A stretch of 64,000 bases of DNA from an uncultured virus (IMG/VR IMGVR_UViG_3300017782_000009) (Duplodnaviria; Heunggongvirae; Uroviricota; Caudoviricetes). Both the position numbers and the translations under genes were made by a program. Position 1 is the stretch's first letter. Each line of letters begins with the position of its first letter. The stretch lies in IMG/VR virus record IMGVR_UViG_3300017782_000009; one strand, 5' to 3'. Positions 10,601-20,474 of the stretch are shown piece after piece. The notes beneath the pieces are model-generated. The model was given only the letters and a program-made list of their open reading frames with translations. It was not told the origin of the DNA and ran no database searches.

Positions 10601-13600
10601 TGCATATTATAATGGTGCAAGTGGCGTACTTCAAATTGATAGTACAGAGAAAGCGGCAACGATTGCAACATATGGCATTATAAAAGCACACTCACAAACA
10701 GTTTCAAGAGACCTTGCTGTTAGTCCAACGTATCAATCAACTGTTATACAGGTAAGTGGTATCGGTGGAGATGCAGGAGATGCAACTACAATAGGTAACT
10801 TGTTTGACGATATTATTGATATTGTTGATAACGGCCCTAGTAATTCAAGTATTACATATCCTGTAGTAACAGGTGCAGCAGCTGGGCTACAGTCAGCGGC
10901 AACAACATTAGCAAGTAAGAAAACTGAAATTGGTGAGCAAACAATTGACTTCATTAATAACAACTTTGGTAGTTTCAAATATAATAGTGCAATTTGCAGA
11001 AGAGACTTAACAAACATCATTACTGATGTAATGTTTGATGCAGCATTAGGAACAAACTACAATGGTGTTTATAACGGTATTGCTTATACTAGACCAATTA
11101 ACGCATACAACTTAGCAAATCAAAGAGTAGAAACTATTGGTGCTGTTAGAAAGGCTAGAGATTTAGTATTGGCTATTACTAGTGACGCAACTGCTGAAAC
11201 TAGAATTCAATCATCAATGAATGAGATTGTTGATATTATTAATAATAATACAGGTCCAGCTGTTCCAGGAGATGGAGTAGCAGACACATTGAGTTTCCCA
11301 AGTCCATCAGGCGTTGATCAAAACAAAGTAGATGCAAAGGATAACTTAGTAGCAAACAGAGAATTTATTAAAGCAGATATTGTTGCATATGTTAACAACA
11401 ATACACCACCAGTAGGATACGATCAGGCAAAATGTGCTAGAGATGTAGGTTACATAGTTGACGCAATGTGTTATGATGTATTATACGGCGGTACAATGGC
11501 TGCAACAAGAATAACAGAATCATACTTTGGAATTTTTGGTGCAATTTATCCAGCAGGACAAGTAACTGAAACTGTAGCAGCTTATAATCATATGAGTACA
11601 GTGTTAGGTTTAATTGTACAAGAATCAAGTGTTACAGCACAGTCAGGAAACAGCGAAGTTCAAACTACACTGGGTACACCAGCAAGTGCTACAGAAGCTA
11701 ATTCAATAGCAGCAGGTATGACTATTATTACAGATGCACTTACAGCAGGCAATACTGACAGTGTTCCGGCAGTAGTATATCCAAGTGTTACTTGGGCATC
11801 AAGTGCTATTCAGTCAGATAAAACTGATGTTGATACTGCAAGACCTGCAACTATATTAAGTGTATTACAATTTATTACTGATACATATAATGACTTTAAA
11901 TATGATCATGCTAAATGTACTAGAGACATTGGTTTAATCATTGATGCAGCAGCATATGATTGGCAATTAGGTACTAACTATGCTAGTTTAATAACAGCAT
12001 TAAGTTACTTAAGAGCACCGTCAAGTAAAGTTGTTGGAGATCAAAAGACAGCAACGATAGCAGCAAATGAATTTGCAAAAACACTTGCAGTACAAAATGT
12101 AGGTGGCGAAGCAGATGCTATAACAGGAATTAACACAACATGGCAAATAGTTCAAGATACATTATTTGCTGGCGCTGCAGAAGGCGGCATGAAGTCAGTT
12201 GATGATCAAGAAGTGTTTAATGCTATACGTCAATTAGAACTTAATAAAGACTTTATTGCAGACGAAGTTGTTGCTTATGTAAATGATTACTTTAGTGATA
12301 CTATTACAGCAACATCAGTAGTAACTGGTGGTTCAGCAGGTGGAACAAATTCTAATAGATTAACAGTTACTTCAACAGCCTGGTTAGATGAAGGCATGGA
12401 AGTTAAGTTAACTAATACAAACAGTATTTTAGAAAACTCTGGATTGTTCCTTCCTAATACAAAGTACTATGTAAAAGAAATTATTAGTGGAACGCAATTT
12501 AGTTTATCAAATACTGTAGACGGTACAGAAGTAGCTGTAGATAATCCGTGGAGCGGATCAATTAAAATTGAAAAAGCATATGTTTACAACGAGACAACTT
12601 GTAAACGCGATGTTAAAGAATATATTAATGCAATGAAATGGGACCTTGAATGGGCACAGACATGGAAACGTCAGTATAAAATTGGTAATACAGAAAACGC
12701 ATTAACATTCTACAGACCAGGAATATACAAAACATTACTAGCGGCAAGATACTATGTTAATAGTGTTATTGGTTCGCAAGAAGAAGATTTTTACTACTTA
12801 CGTAATGGTACAGGGTTAAGACTTATGTCCATGAAAGGACTACAAGGTGATTTAGGTCCTGCAAACGAGTTTGGAACACAGCGACCAACAGCAGGTGCAT
12901 ATGCATCGTTGGATCCAGGTTGGGGTCCAAACGATAAACGTGTATGGATTACAGCAAGATCACCATATGTACAAAACTGTACAACATTTGGATTTGGAGC
13001 AACTGGTCAAAAAATTGACGGTGCATTACACAACGGTGGTAACGATTCAATTGTTAGTAACGACTTTACACAGGTTATTAGTGATGGTATTGGAGCATGG
13101 ATTACAAACAACGGTAGAGCAGAACTTGTGTCAGTGTTTACATACTACTCACACGTAGGTTATCTTGCAGAGAACGGCGGACGTATACGTGCAACTAACG
13201 GTAATAACTCATATGGTAAATATGGATCGTCAGCAGAAGGTGTTGACCCAACTGAAGTTCCAGTAACAGCAGTTATTGATAACGCATCACAATATAATGC
13301 AACCGTTGCAGGTGTTAATACAAATAATAATGAATTACTAAACGTTGAATTTAGTCATGCAGGTAACGATTATACTGAAGCATTAATTGAGTTCTTTGGT
13401 CCAGGTACTAATGAAGAAGTACTAGCAGACGAATATAGAGACGGAGGAATGTTCCAAACTCGTGTTATTGAAACTACACCAGACACAGCAGGTGGTACTG
13501 GATATACATCAGTATCAAACGTTGCACAGTCCGGTGGAACTACATATGTTGATCTTTCATCAACAGACGGTAACGTAAGTTCAGCATACATTGGCATGAG

Positions 13601-16040
13601 AGTTCAAATTATTGGTGGTGCAGGTATAGGACTATTTGGTATAATTGACACATATGATGCAGGTACAAAACGTGCAACAGTAGTTAAAGTATCAGATGGT
13701 ACAGCAGGTTGGGATCACGTTGTTCCTGGAACAACATTTGCTGCTCCTAACTCTACATCAACATATCTAATTGAACCAGCAGCGACATTTACAGCACCGC
13801 CACAGTCTAATACACAAAGGACACTTAGTGGTGCAACAGAAGTACAAGATGCTATATTTGTAGAAACATCAGCACAGTACACAGGAGTAGCAACAGTTAC
13901 TGAATCAGATGGTACTGGTGCAACATTTGATATTACTAGAAACGGCGAAAAGTATTATGTTACATTAAATAATGCAGGATCTGGTTATGGTAGATTAAAC
14001 CACTGTGAAATTCCAGGAACTTCATTAGGTGGCGCAACACCTGCAAATGATATTACTATTACAATCACAACAATTAACGCAAACACAGGTGCTATTGTTG
14101 ATTTTGACTTTACTGGATTAGGACAAAAAGGTAGATTTGTTGCAATACCAACTAGTGGTACTGGCGGACTTAAAAGTGTTGACGGCATTACTTGGACAGC
14201 AGAAGCGTTACCAACTCCAGGATCAGGTTCATACGAATCAATAGCAACTGGATTATTAGATGACGGTTCAAGTGTTTACAAAACAAGTGCTGTAGTTGCT
14301 GTATGTGCAGGAGATAATACAGCGGCATATAGCATTGATGGAGATACTTGGTCAACTAGTAGTTTACCAGCTGGGCTATCATCTGCAGGCTCTAAGAGCA
14401 TAGCATTTGGTAACGTTGGAACTAACGATAATAGATTTATTGTAACAAGTGTAGGGGATAGAGATGTTGCATTTAGCCAAGACGCAGGGTTAACTTGGTC
14501 GTTGAGTTCAAATGCATTACCAGCAACTGGATATAATTTAGTAAGATACGGAAAAGGCTTGTTTGTTGCAATGAAAACTGGAACTAATGAGACAGCATGG
14601 AGTGCAGACGGTGTTACATGGAGTGCAGGCGCAGGGTTATCTACAGATACATGGACTGACCTAGTTTGGGGTAATGGTCGATTTGTTGCAATAGCGGCAA
14701 GTGGAACCAAAGCAGCATATAGTTTAGATGGTAAAAACTGGACTGATGCAACATTACCAACAGTTGGAACACCAAGAAATATTGCATACGGACAAGGCGT
14801 ATTTGTTGTTACATTCCAAGATGATGCAGACACTATTGTACATTCAGAAAACGGAATACAGTGGACAAGTAAAACTATAACAGCAAACGGAAGTTCAGGA
14901 TACGGTGCAGTTGTATTTGGTAATCCAGGACAAGATGGTAAGTTTATATGTCACACATATGACAGTACATCGGTTGCTGAAGAAGTTAAAGTTGGAGCAA
15001 AAGCAAGAGGAAGAGCAGCTATTGCAAACCAAAAACTATTCCAAATTAACATTGAGGAACCAGGAAGCGGATACACTAGTGCGCCAACAATTACAATTAC
15101 TGATCCAAACAACATTACAGATGTTGAATTACAGGTAAGAGTTGGTAATGGTGCAATAGCAAATCCAACATTTATAAATAGAGGAACAAGTTTCACAACA
15201 GCTACAGCTTCTGTTAATGCAGAAGGAAGTAACGGTAAAGCAGACTTCTTCCAAAACGGAGCATACATTGCTGTTAAGAGATTAACATCAACTCCAGTTC
15301 CAGGATCAAACGTTGTAATTGCTGGAATACCTGACAAGTTCTTTAAACTTGTTAGTACAGTAAGTTTAACTGGTACTAATGATGGTTCTAAGAAAGGATT
15401 CTTACAACTTAGTCCGTCATTAACAATCAGTGAAGCACCAGCAGACGAAGCAGATACATCAATGCGTATTAGATTTAGTCAGGTACGTTTAACAGGACAC
15501 GACTTCTTAGATATCGGTACTGGTAACTTTGTAGATACTAACTACCCAGGTGTTCCAGTTAATGCACCAGTACAAAGTCAAGAAACAAATGACTTTGATG
15601 GTGGTAGAGTATTCTACACAGCAACTGACCAAGATGGTAACTTTAGAGTAGGTGCATTGTTTAGTATTGAACAGGCAACTGGTGTTGCAACACTAGATGC
15701 TGATGCATTTAATATTGCAGGACTACAAGAACTATCACTGGGTGAAGTTACACTAGGTGGTAACTCAGCAAGTATTACTGAATTTAGTACAGATCCATTC
15801 TTTACAGCAAATTCAGATACAGTAGTTCCAACACAAAGAGCTGTAAAAGCGTATATTGAAGCTCAAATTGGTGGTGGTGGTGCATCGCTAAACGTGAACT
15901 CGGTAACAGCAGGCGACATATTTATTAACACCAATCAGATAACAACGGTATCTGGAGAAACGATAAATATCAAAGCAAACGTTAACTTTAGTGGAAGTGT
16001 TCTTGGCTTACCACTAGCATTAAATTACATGTTAAGATAA
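7668..16040 (+). CDS. Giant virion adhesin/fibre protein B (2790 aa)
   Basis: Same MAEFKL start, CBM-like repeats, Asp-box repeats and C-terminal 'GHDFLDIGTG...TDQDGNFR' block as protein A. It adds a cupredoxin-like insert and six 'CxRD(V)GxI(V)D' repeats. Confidence 0.75.
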   Translation: MAEFKLGRIRFVWKNNWATGTTYYKDDVIAFGGKVYICVEGHSSAADFFTDLNIVPSKWNLVSDGQSWLGEWAHSTSYVNNNIVKYGSKLYICQTNHTSTAISGTVTRAVTVAVNTQSPGNNVFVLDGTQYPSIQFQHGKTYEFTQDAASNVTHPLLFSTTKNGTHGAGTEYITGVKYYIDGAEVVDAAAYIAAFDTATNRKITIEPTASTPETLYYYCYNHSNMSIDSEIDIINYGIEADLGNWQTFAEGLDWKGNWTAGYQYRNNDFVKYGGASYVCKTPHTSQAAGLETDQANWELLNKGFDYRSEWVASKKYLENDVVRYGAGLWISIANHTSSSAFATDSANWEKFVEGFQYEAEWTWEGSYQTGDVVRYGGNQYIAKQDNTDKIPPLEPTNWDLFSEGFKFIGDWGADSSQYEHKVGDVVRLGGFTYRCILDHQNQQPPNALYWQRLNSGFEWRGEWIDEQEYFEGDVVRYGDSSYVCILGHISEGDDYSSGQVGAQGSRPDLADSGQYWSALAIGTEQSVLTTTGDLVYYSGSAPTRLPIGKDGQVLQVNADALPEWAFLGASEDVYYVAEHGKDQPAPIYGQSIDRPFKTIKYAAQQVEQGAKNPEAAKLLELNRRFIQREIVEWTDYQITNNTAPFTSSFTYESSKCERDMGLIVDAIINDIKHGGNVRSREAALSYVNETAGSPYLTQKAETVASINYGLTVINNVLAQEDPSVNYQTTNGDNSTAVVSQYKDELLGAELVNAEIAANVKIITDAITAGVDTNIPARVINNTLIKVSTGRYIEVLPIIVPAECCIIGDELRAVTVEPRKADNAVLTPKGDFKYSFKGLERMANIIGDVVTGQTVTPTTGNTQSQNQTWPYAETTVVGPEVTRLARSINDRINVGLGEKRNGNLPTFHAMSDTSAGRARDLVLRNKEFIQAETVAYIADQYPNLNYSRTKCKQDVGLILDSIAYDLTYGGNWMSETAGLAYYNGASGVLQIDSTEKAATIATYGIIKAHSQTVSRDLAVSPTYQSTVIQVSGIGGDAGDATTIGNLFDDIIDIVDNGPSNSSITYPVVTGAAAGLQSAATTLASKKTEIGEQTIDFINNNFGSFKYNSAICRRDLTNIITDVMFDAALGTNYNGVYNGIAYTRPINAYNLANQRVETIGAVRKARDLVLAITSDATAETRIQSSMNEIVDIINNNTGPAVPGDGVADTLSFPSPSGVDQNKVDAKDNLVANREFIKADIVAYVNNNTPPVGYDQAKCARDVGYIVDAMCYDVLYGGTMAATRITESYFGIFGAIYPAGQVTETVAAYNHMSTVLGLIVQESSVTAQSGNSEVQTTLGTPASATEANSIAAGMTIITDALTAGNTDSVPAVVYPSVTWASSAIQSDKTDVDTARPATILSVLQFITDTYNDFKYDHAKCTRDIGLIIDAAAYDWQLGTNYASLITALSYLRAPSSKVVGDQKTATIAANEFAKTLAVQNVGGEADAITGINTTWQIVQDTLFAGAAEGGMKSVDDQEVFNAIRQLELNKDFIADEVVAYVNDYFSDTITATSVVTGGSAGGTNSNRLTVTSTAWLDEGMEVKLTNTNSILENSGLFLPNTKYYVKEIISGTQFSLSNTVDGTEVAVDNPWSGSIKIEKAYVYNETTCKRDVKEYINAMKWDLEWAQTWKRQYKIGNTENALTFYRPGIYKTLLAARYYVNSVIGSQEEDFYYLRNGTGLRLMSMKGLQGDLGPANEFGTQRPTAGAYASLDPGWGPNDKRVWITARSPYVQNCTTFGFGATGQKIDGALHNGGNDSIVSNDFTQVISDGIGAWITNNGRAELVSVFTYYSHVGYLAENGGRIRATNGNNSYGKYGSSAEGVDPTEVPVTAVIDNASQYNATVAGVNTNNNELLNVEFSHAGNDYTEALIEFFGPGTNEEVLADEYRDGGMFQTRVIETTPDTAGGTGYTSVSNVAQSGGTTYVDLSSTDGNVSSAYIGMRVQIIGGAGIGLFGIIDTYDAGTKRATVVKVSDGTAGWDHVVPGTTFAAPNSTSTYLIEPAATFTAPPQSNTQRTLSGATEVQDAIFVETSAQYTGVATVTESDGTGATFDITRNGEKYYVTLNNAGSGYGRLNHCEIPGTSLGGATPANDITITITTINANTGAIVDFDFTGLGQKGRFVAIPTSGTGGLKSVDGITWTAEALPTPGSGSYESIATGLLDDGSSVYKTSAVVAVCAGDNTAAYSIDGDTWSTSSLPAGLSSAGSKSIAFGNVGTNDNRFIVTSVGDRDVAFSQDAGLTWSLSSNALPATGYNLVRYGKGLFVAMKTGTNETAWSADGVTWSAGAGLSTDTWTDLVWGNGRFVAIAASGTKAAYSLDGKNWTDATLPTVGTPRNIAYGQGVFVVTFQDDADTIVHSENGIQWTSKTITANGSSGYGAVVFGNPGQDGKFICHTYDSTSVAEEVKVGAKARGRAAIANQKLFQINIEEPGSGYTSAPTITITDPNNITDVELQVRVGNGAIANPTFINRGTSFTTATASVNAEGSNGKADFFQNGAYIAVKRLTSTPVPGSNVVIAGIPDKFFKLVSTVSLTGTNDGSKKGFLQLSPSLTISEAPADEADTSMRIRFSQVRLTGHDFLDIGTGNFVDTNYPGVPVNAPVQSQETNDFDGGRVFYTATDQDGNFRVGALFSIEQATGVATLDADAFNIAGLQELSLGEVTLGGNSASITEFSTDPFFTANSDTVVPTQRAVKAYIEAQIGGGGASLNVNSVTAGDIFINTNQITTVSGETINIKANVNFSGSVLGLPLALNYMLR

Positions 16041-16057
16041 CATTAGGAGAAAACAAA

Positions 16058-16378
16058 ATGGCAACAGGAATTTTAGGAAATGCAGATTTAAGTGCTAATA
16101 CAGATACAACTGTATACACTGTACCTGCTAGTACATTCGCAGTAGTAACTGTTAGTGTATCAAATAGATCAGCAAATAACAGAGCTGTTCGTGTAGCATT
16201 AGCTGCTTCAGGAACACCAACTAATGCAGAGTATATTGAATTTGACTCACAGTTAATTGGTAACGGTGTACTTGAAAGAGGCGGAATTGTTATTGATGCG
16301 AGCAAAAATATTGTATGTAGATGCGACAGTACAGATGTAAGTGTTGTAGTATACGGTATTGAAACCTCAACAGTTTAA
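16058..16378 (+). CDS. Small beta-rich virion/fibre-associated protein
   Basis: AGGAG SD, 106 aa, follows a giant fibre gene as 1353..1682 does. Confidence 0.65.
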   Translation: MATGILGNADLSANTDTTVYTVPASTFAVVTVSVSNRSANNRAVRVALAASGTPTNAEYIEFDSQLIGNGVLERGGIVIDASKNIVCRCDSTDVSVVVYGIETSTV

Positions 16379-16389
16379 GGAGAATAATA

Positions 16390-17301
16390 ATGCGTAGAAT
16401 TACAACAGGTGTACAGGGTGGTCCGGTTTTAGGTACATTCACTGCCAAAGAGAATAACTTACAAACTATTGAAGACAATGTCGATATGGTGCTCGACCCA
16501 AACGGAACTGGTGAAGTAAAAGCTGCGAAACATATTCAACTTAATGGTGAAAAAAGTTTAAAATTAGCAGATGCAGCAAGTAGTAATTACGCTGCTTTTA
16601 AAGCACCAAGCAGTTTAGGCGGCAGTTATACATTAACTATGCCATCAGCATTACCATCAGCAAGTGGTTATGCAATAACAAGTGATACAAGTGGTAACTT
16701 GTCATTTGGGGATATTAGTTTTGAAACAACAAACCAAACAGGAGACTCGGGCACCTATTACGTTGCCATAATGGATGATGCCGATGCTAATGATGGTAGT
16801 GTTACAGGCTTAAATTATAGTGGCGGAAAACTGTCATTTGTTCCTGCATCTGGTATGTTATCAGCAACAGCAATTACTACAACCGCTAACAGTAGCTTAG
16901 GTGGTACTACAACAATAAGCACCATTGACTGTAATGGCGGTAATATTGATGCGACAACAATAGGCGGTTCGTCTAGAGCTAATGGTAATTTTAGTACAAT
17001 GACAGCAACTAGTATTGTAGAGGATTCAAGTATTGCTCTTAAAGAAAACGTTAATCCTATTACTAATGCATTAGAAAATGTATTAAAATTATCAGGTGTT
17101 ACATATGATCGTAAAGACGGAAGTACAAAAGACGAAGCTGGATTAATTGCAGAAGATGTTTATAATGTATTGCCAAACCTAGTTAAACTAGATGATGCTG
17201 GTAAACCACTTGGTATTAACTATACCAAACTTACAGCATATTTGATTGAGTCTGTTAAAACATTAACAAATGAAATCGCTGAATTGAAAAAAAGTAAATA
17301 G
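16390..17301 (+). CDS. Tail fibre protein with C-terminal peptidase S74 intramolecular chaperone domain
   Basis: C-terminus 'SSIALKENV.PI.NAL..VLKL.GV.Y...GLIAEDV..VLP.LV...GINYTKLTAYLIE' plus a terminal coiled coil. Confidence 0.8.
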   Translation: MRRITTGVQGGPVLGTFTAKENNLQTIEDNVDMVLDPNGTGEVKAAKHIQLNGEKSLKLADAASSNYAAFKAPSSLGGSYTLTMPSALPSASGYAITSDTSGNLSFGDISFETTNQTGDSGTYYVAIMDDADANDGSVTGLNYSGGKLSFVPASGMLSATAITTTANSSLGGTTTISTIDCNGGNIDATTIGGSSRANGNFSTMTATSIVEDSSIALKENVNPITNALENVLKLSGVTYDRKDGSTKDEAGLIAEDVYNVLPNLVKLDDAGKPLGINYTKLTAYLIESVKTLTNEIAELKKSK

Positions 17302-17313
17302 GGAGTAAGCCTA

Positions 17314-18276
17314 GTGGCAACTTTAAAGAACACAGTTATAAACTCAACTAATCAGACTACCCTTCCCAAAGGTACAACAGCCCAACGCCCTTCTAATCCA
17401 GGCGATGGCGCTATGAGATTTAATACCGACTTAGGATATGTTGAATATTATTTTAAGGGATTTTGGGCAGATGTTAGAACTGGCCAAGGCGCATTTATGC
17501 GTAGAAACTGTGTTATGCATTTAGATGCTACACTACCAGAATCGTATCCAGGTAACGGAAGTGTATGGTATGATCTTTCAGGTAATGCTAATAATATGAA
17601 TGTTGCAACTAATGCTTGGCAAAACAGTTCATTAGGAACAGGCCCGCATATTAAAGGAACTACGACTACCAATGAAGGTGATCAAAATTATGGTATTGAT
17701 GGGTTCTTTGATTTTAATGGTAGTTATGGTCAAGCTAAAACAGCATCTGATATAAGTTTATCAGGAGACGTTACTTACTATTGTGTTTCAAGAGTAAAAA
17801 CTAGCACAAGTGAGTGGCGAACACTTACAAGAAGTTACAGTTCCGACCATCATGTAATTATACGAAGCGGTGCTTATAATGTTGGTATGTACGATAACGA
17901 CAGCGTTGGCTTCATTGACAGCGGCGCAAATCAAGATACACAATTTCCTTGTTACAGTAGTGATCAGTATACTGGTACTACTAGCGGAAGTACTATGAGA
18001 ATGTTTGCTGTTTATGCATGGAGTTGGAGTAATAGTGATAATCCAACATATAAGTTTTTTATTAATGGATATCTTGCAGGAACTATAACAAGCTCAAACG
18101 CAAGATATAATAGAGGATTTGGTTCTTTAGGCGGATATCATAGTGGTAGTACTAGTGTTACTACTGGTAGCCAGTATTGGGGAGATATTAAGTTTTTCTC
18201 AGCACACGCTGATAGACACACCGACGAAGAAATTAGAAACAATACGCACTCTTTAAGACATAGATTTGGAATATAA
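17314..18276 (+). CDS. Fibre-tip protein with ConA/LamG-like lectin domain
   Basis: GTG start with GGGAG SD. N-terminal 'LPKGTTAQRP' anchor, then 'HLDA...SYPGNGSVWYDLSGN', 'FFINGYL' and 'EEIRNN' LamG-like motifs. Confidence 0.65.
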   Translation: MATLKNTVINSTNQTTLPKGTTAQRPSNPGDGAMRFNTDLGYVEYYFKGFWADVRTGQGAFMRRNCVMHLDATLPESYPGNGSVWYDLSGNANNMNVATNAWQNSSLGTGPHIKGTTTTNEGDQNYGIDGFFDFNGSYGQAKTASDISLSGDVTYYCVSRVKTSTSEWRTLTRSYSSDHHVIIRSGAYNVGMYDNDSVGFIDSGANQDTQFPCYSSDQYTGTTSGSTMRMFAVYAWSWSNSDNPTYKFFINGYLAGTITSSNARYNRGFGSLGGYHSGSTSVTTGSQYWGDIKFFSAHADRHTDEEIRNNTHSLRHRFGI

Positions 18277-18279
18277 AAC

Positions 18280-19317
18280 ATGGCACAACTATTAGATACA
18301 AATTTTAATGATACTGGATATTTAAGATTACCTGTAGGAACTGATGCTGATAGACCAGCAAACGAAGTTGGTGCAGTAAGATTAAATAGTAATTTAGGAA
18401 TCGTTGAATATTGGGACGGTTATGCTTGGGCATCTAACAGTGTTGCATTTCCGCATAGAACAATTATTACTACATCATATGTACTTGGTGGATACAAAAG
18501 TGCTGTTGTTTGGAATAATGTTAATAAGTGTTTTAATTCTACTGATACTACAATTAACCTAGGTGACGGTAGTATAGAAAGAGCATTTAACTACCAATGG
18601 GGAGCATGTAGTAAAGATTATGCATATGTCTTTGGTGCAGGTAACGCTCACGTTGCGAGTTCAAACTATGTTATTGCTTTCAATATGAGAACAGAAACTA
18701 ATGCTACTGACATTTCACGTAATTTAAGTTATAATAGAATACGTTTAGGTGGAGTTTTCCAAGAAGATGTATTTGCATTTACTATTGGTGGCGGTTCTGC
18801 TAATATTGAAGAATACAACATGGTTACAAAATCAGTGGTAGCTGTGCTTAGTCCTACGTATACGTCAGCAGATTGTTGGGGTGCTAGTCATGAAACTTAT
18901 GGCATTATGTATACGTCCAACGACAATAGAAACTTTACATTTGCAACAAGAACACTTACATCTAGAGGCGGCACAACAATAAGTAATCACCACCAACAGA
19001 AGTCAATACAGAGTAAACACAACTATGCATGGGCCGGAAACAACGGAAGTTATCAAGGTGGCTATACATATCGAAAAACTAATTTTATTACTAATAGTAC
19101 ATCAGGAACTGTAAATAAACCAATTGGTAATTGCGGTGAAGAGAACTATACAATGGGTCAAGATCACCAGTATATGCTAGGGCAATATAACGGACTACAG
19201 AATAACTTATCACATAGATGGAATTATAATACAGATTCGGGCTTCCAGTTAGGCGCATCAGGCGAACCTAAAGGTAAAGCAGGAATGAGTAGTGCTGTGT
19301 GCGGATGGAACAATTAA
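18280..19317 (+). CDS. Fibre-associated protein, propeller/Kelch-like, paralogue 1
   Basis: N-terminal 'NDTGYLRLPVGT..RP' anchor and G-G/aromatic repeats (YVLGGY, YVFGAG, FTIGGG, YMLGQY). Confidence 0.6.
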   Translation: MAQLLDTNFNDTGYLRLPVGTDADRPANEVGAVRLNSNLGIVEYWDGYAWASNSVAFPHRTIITTSYVLGGYKSAVVWNNVNKCFNSTDTTINLGDGSIERAFNYQWGACSKDYAYVFGAGNAHVASSNYVIAFNMRTETNATDISRNLSYNRIRLGGVFQEDVFAFTIGGGSANIEEYNMVTKSVVAVLSPTYTSADCWGASHETYGIMYTSNDNRNFTFATRTLTSRGGTTISNHHQQKSIQSKHNYAWAGNNGSYQGGYTYRKTNFITNSTSGTVNKPIGNCGEENYTMGQDHQYMLGQYNGLQNNLSHRWNYNTDSGFQLGASGEPKGKAGMSSAVCGWNN

Positions 19318-19328
19318 AGGAATAATAA

Positions 19329-20420
19329 ATGGCAACGTTAAAGAACAGTCACATTAACGATTCAGGATACTTAAGAGTACCCGTTGGAACTACTGGACAA
19401 CGGTCAAACAATCCAACAGGGGCATTACGTTATAACACTGATAAAGGTGCAGTTGAATATTATTCCACACTTCATAATACTGCTTGGCAAGACTTTACAA
19501 TTCCTTGGTATACAAGACAAATTGTTACAGCCGGTTATGTTATGGGTGGATACAAAAGTTCAGCTGTTTGGAAAAACGTAAACAGAACAGACCATTCAAC
19601 AGATACTTCTACTGATTTAGGAGACTTGTTAGATAGAACAGGAAACTATAAAGCTGGTGCTGTAGGACTAGATAGAGCTTTCTATTTTGGAACAACAAAC
19701 GCACATAATGCTAGTGGTAATATCACAAGCGGATTTAGTATGCGTACAGACACAGCATTTGCATGTCAAAATGGTTCTAATATGGCTAATAGTAGAGGTC
19801 ATATGGGAGCAATATTTAAAGAACACTTAGCAACTTGGATTACAGGCGGAGGAAGATCAGACGTTGAACGATTCGATACCGTTACTGAAATGATGTATGC
19901 TAGACCAGGTCTAAGTACTACAGGCGGCCAAGGCGGAGCAACAGCAGGCGGACCATGGGGTATTAGTGCTGAAAACTTTGGAACATGGTATATGGGCGAA
20001 GGTTATAGCGGTACAGTTTATTGCTGGAATTTCCAATTTGCAAGTGAAACACTATTAGCAAGAAGCGGTACACAACCAGGATATCATTTCCAACAAAAAT
20101 CCATAGCTTCTAAATTAGTTCACGGGTATGCCGGAAACAACGGAAGTTGGGCAGGCGGCTATACATATCGTAGGACTAATCATCTTACAGATACAACAGC
20201 AAGCGGAAGTTATATGAATAAAGCATATACTAACTGTGGTGAAGAAAACTACACATTAGGTAATGATAAATCATATATGTTAGGACAATATAACGGACTA
20301 CAGAATAACTTAGCTGCTAAATTTGTATATTCAACAGAAACCCAAACACAGGGTGCATCTTCAATGGAGCCTAAAGGGCCAGCTGGACGAAGTTCAGGTT
20401 TCGGCTCTTGGAGAGCTTAG
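19329..20420 (+). CDS. Fibre-associated protein, propeller/Kelch-like, paralogue 2
   Basis: Collinear with 18280..19317 (GGYKS, QQKSI, AGNNGS, NCGEENYT, YMLGQYNGLQNNL). Confidence 0.6.
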   Translation: MATLKNSHINDSGYLRVPVGTTGQRSNNPTGALRYNTDKGAVEYYSTLHNTAWQDFTIPWYTRQIVTAGYVMGGYKSSAVWKNVNRTDHSTDTSTDLGDLLDRTGNYKAGAVGLDRAFYFGTTNAHNASGNITSGFSMRTDTAFACQNGSNMANSRGHMGAIFKEHLATWITGGGRSDVERFDTVTEMMYARPGLSTTGGQGGATAGGPWGISAENFGTWYMGEGYSGTVYCWNFQFASETLLARSGTQPGYHFQQKSIASKLVHGYAGNNGSWAGGYTYRRTNHLTDTTASGSYMNKAYTNCGEENYTLGNDKSYMLGQYNGLQNNLAAKFVYSTETQTQGASSMEPKGPAGRSSGFGSWRA

Positions 20421-20474
20421 TCTAGTTAAATACTCGTATAAGTAATACTTGATATTATTTTTTAGGAGATATAA

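Noticed and set aside
365..16478. Many short antisense or alternate-frame ORFs within the fibre genes (e.g. 14276..14833 -)
   Set aside because: They lie wholly inside long coherent genes, lack RBS or motifs, and are the expected shadows of biased codon usage
18280..20420. Possible diversity-generating retroelement template/variable repeat pair
   Set aside because: Both copies are full coding paralogues, differences are not adenine-specific, and no reverse transcriptase is in the window
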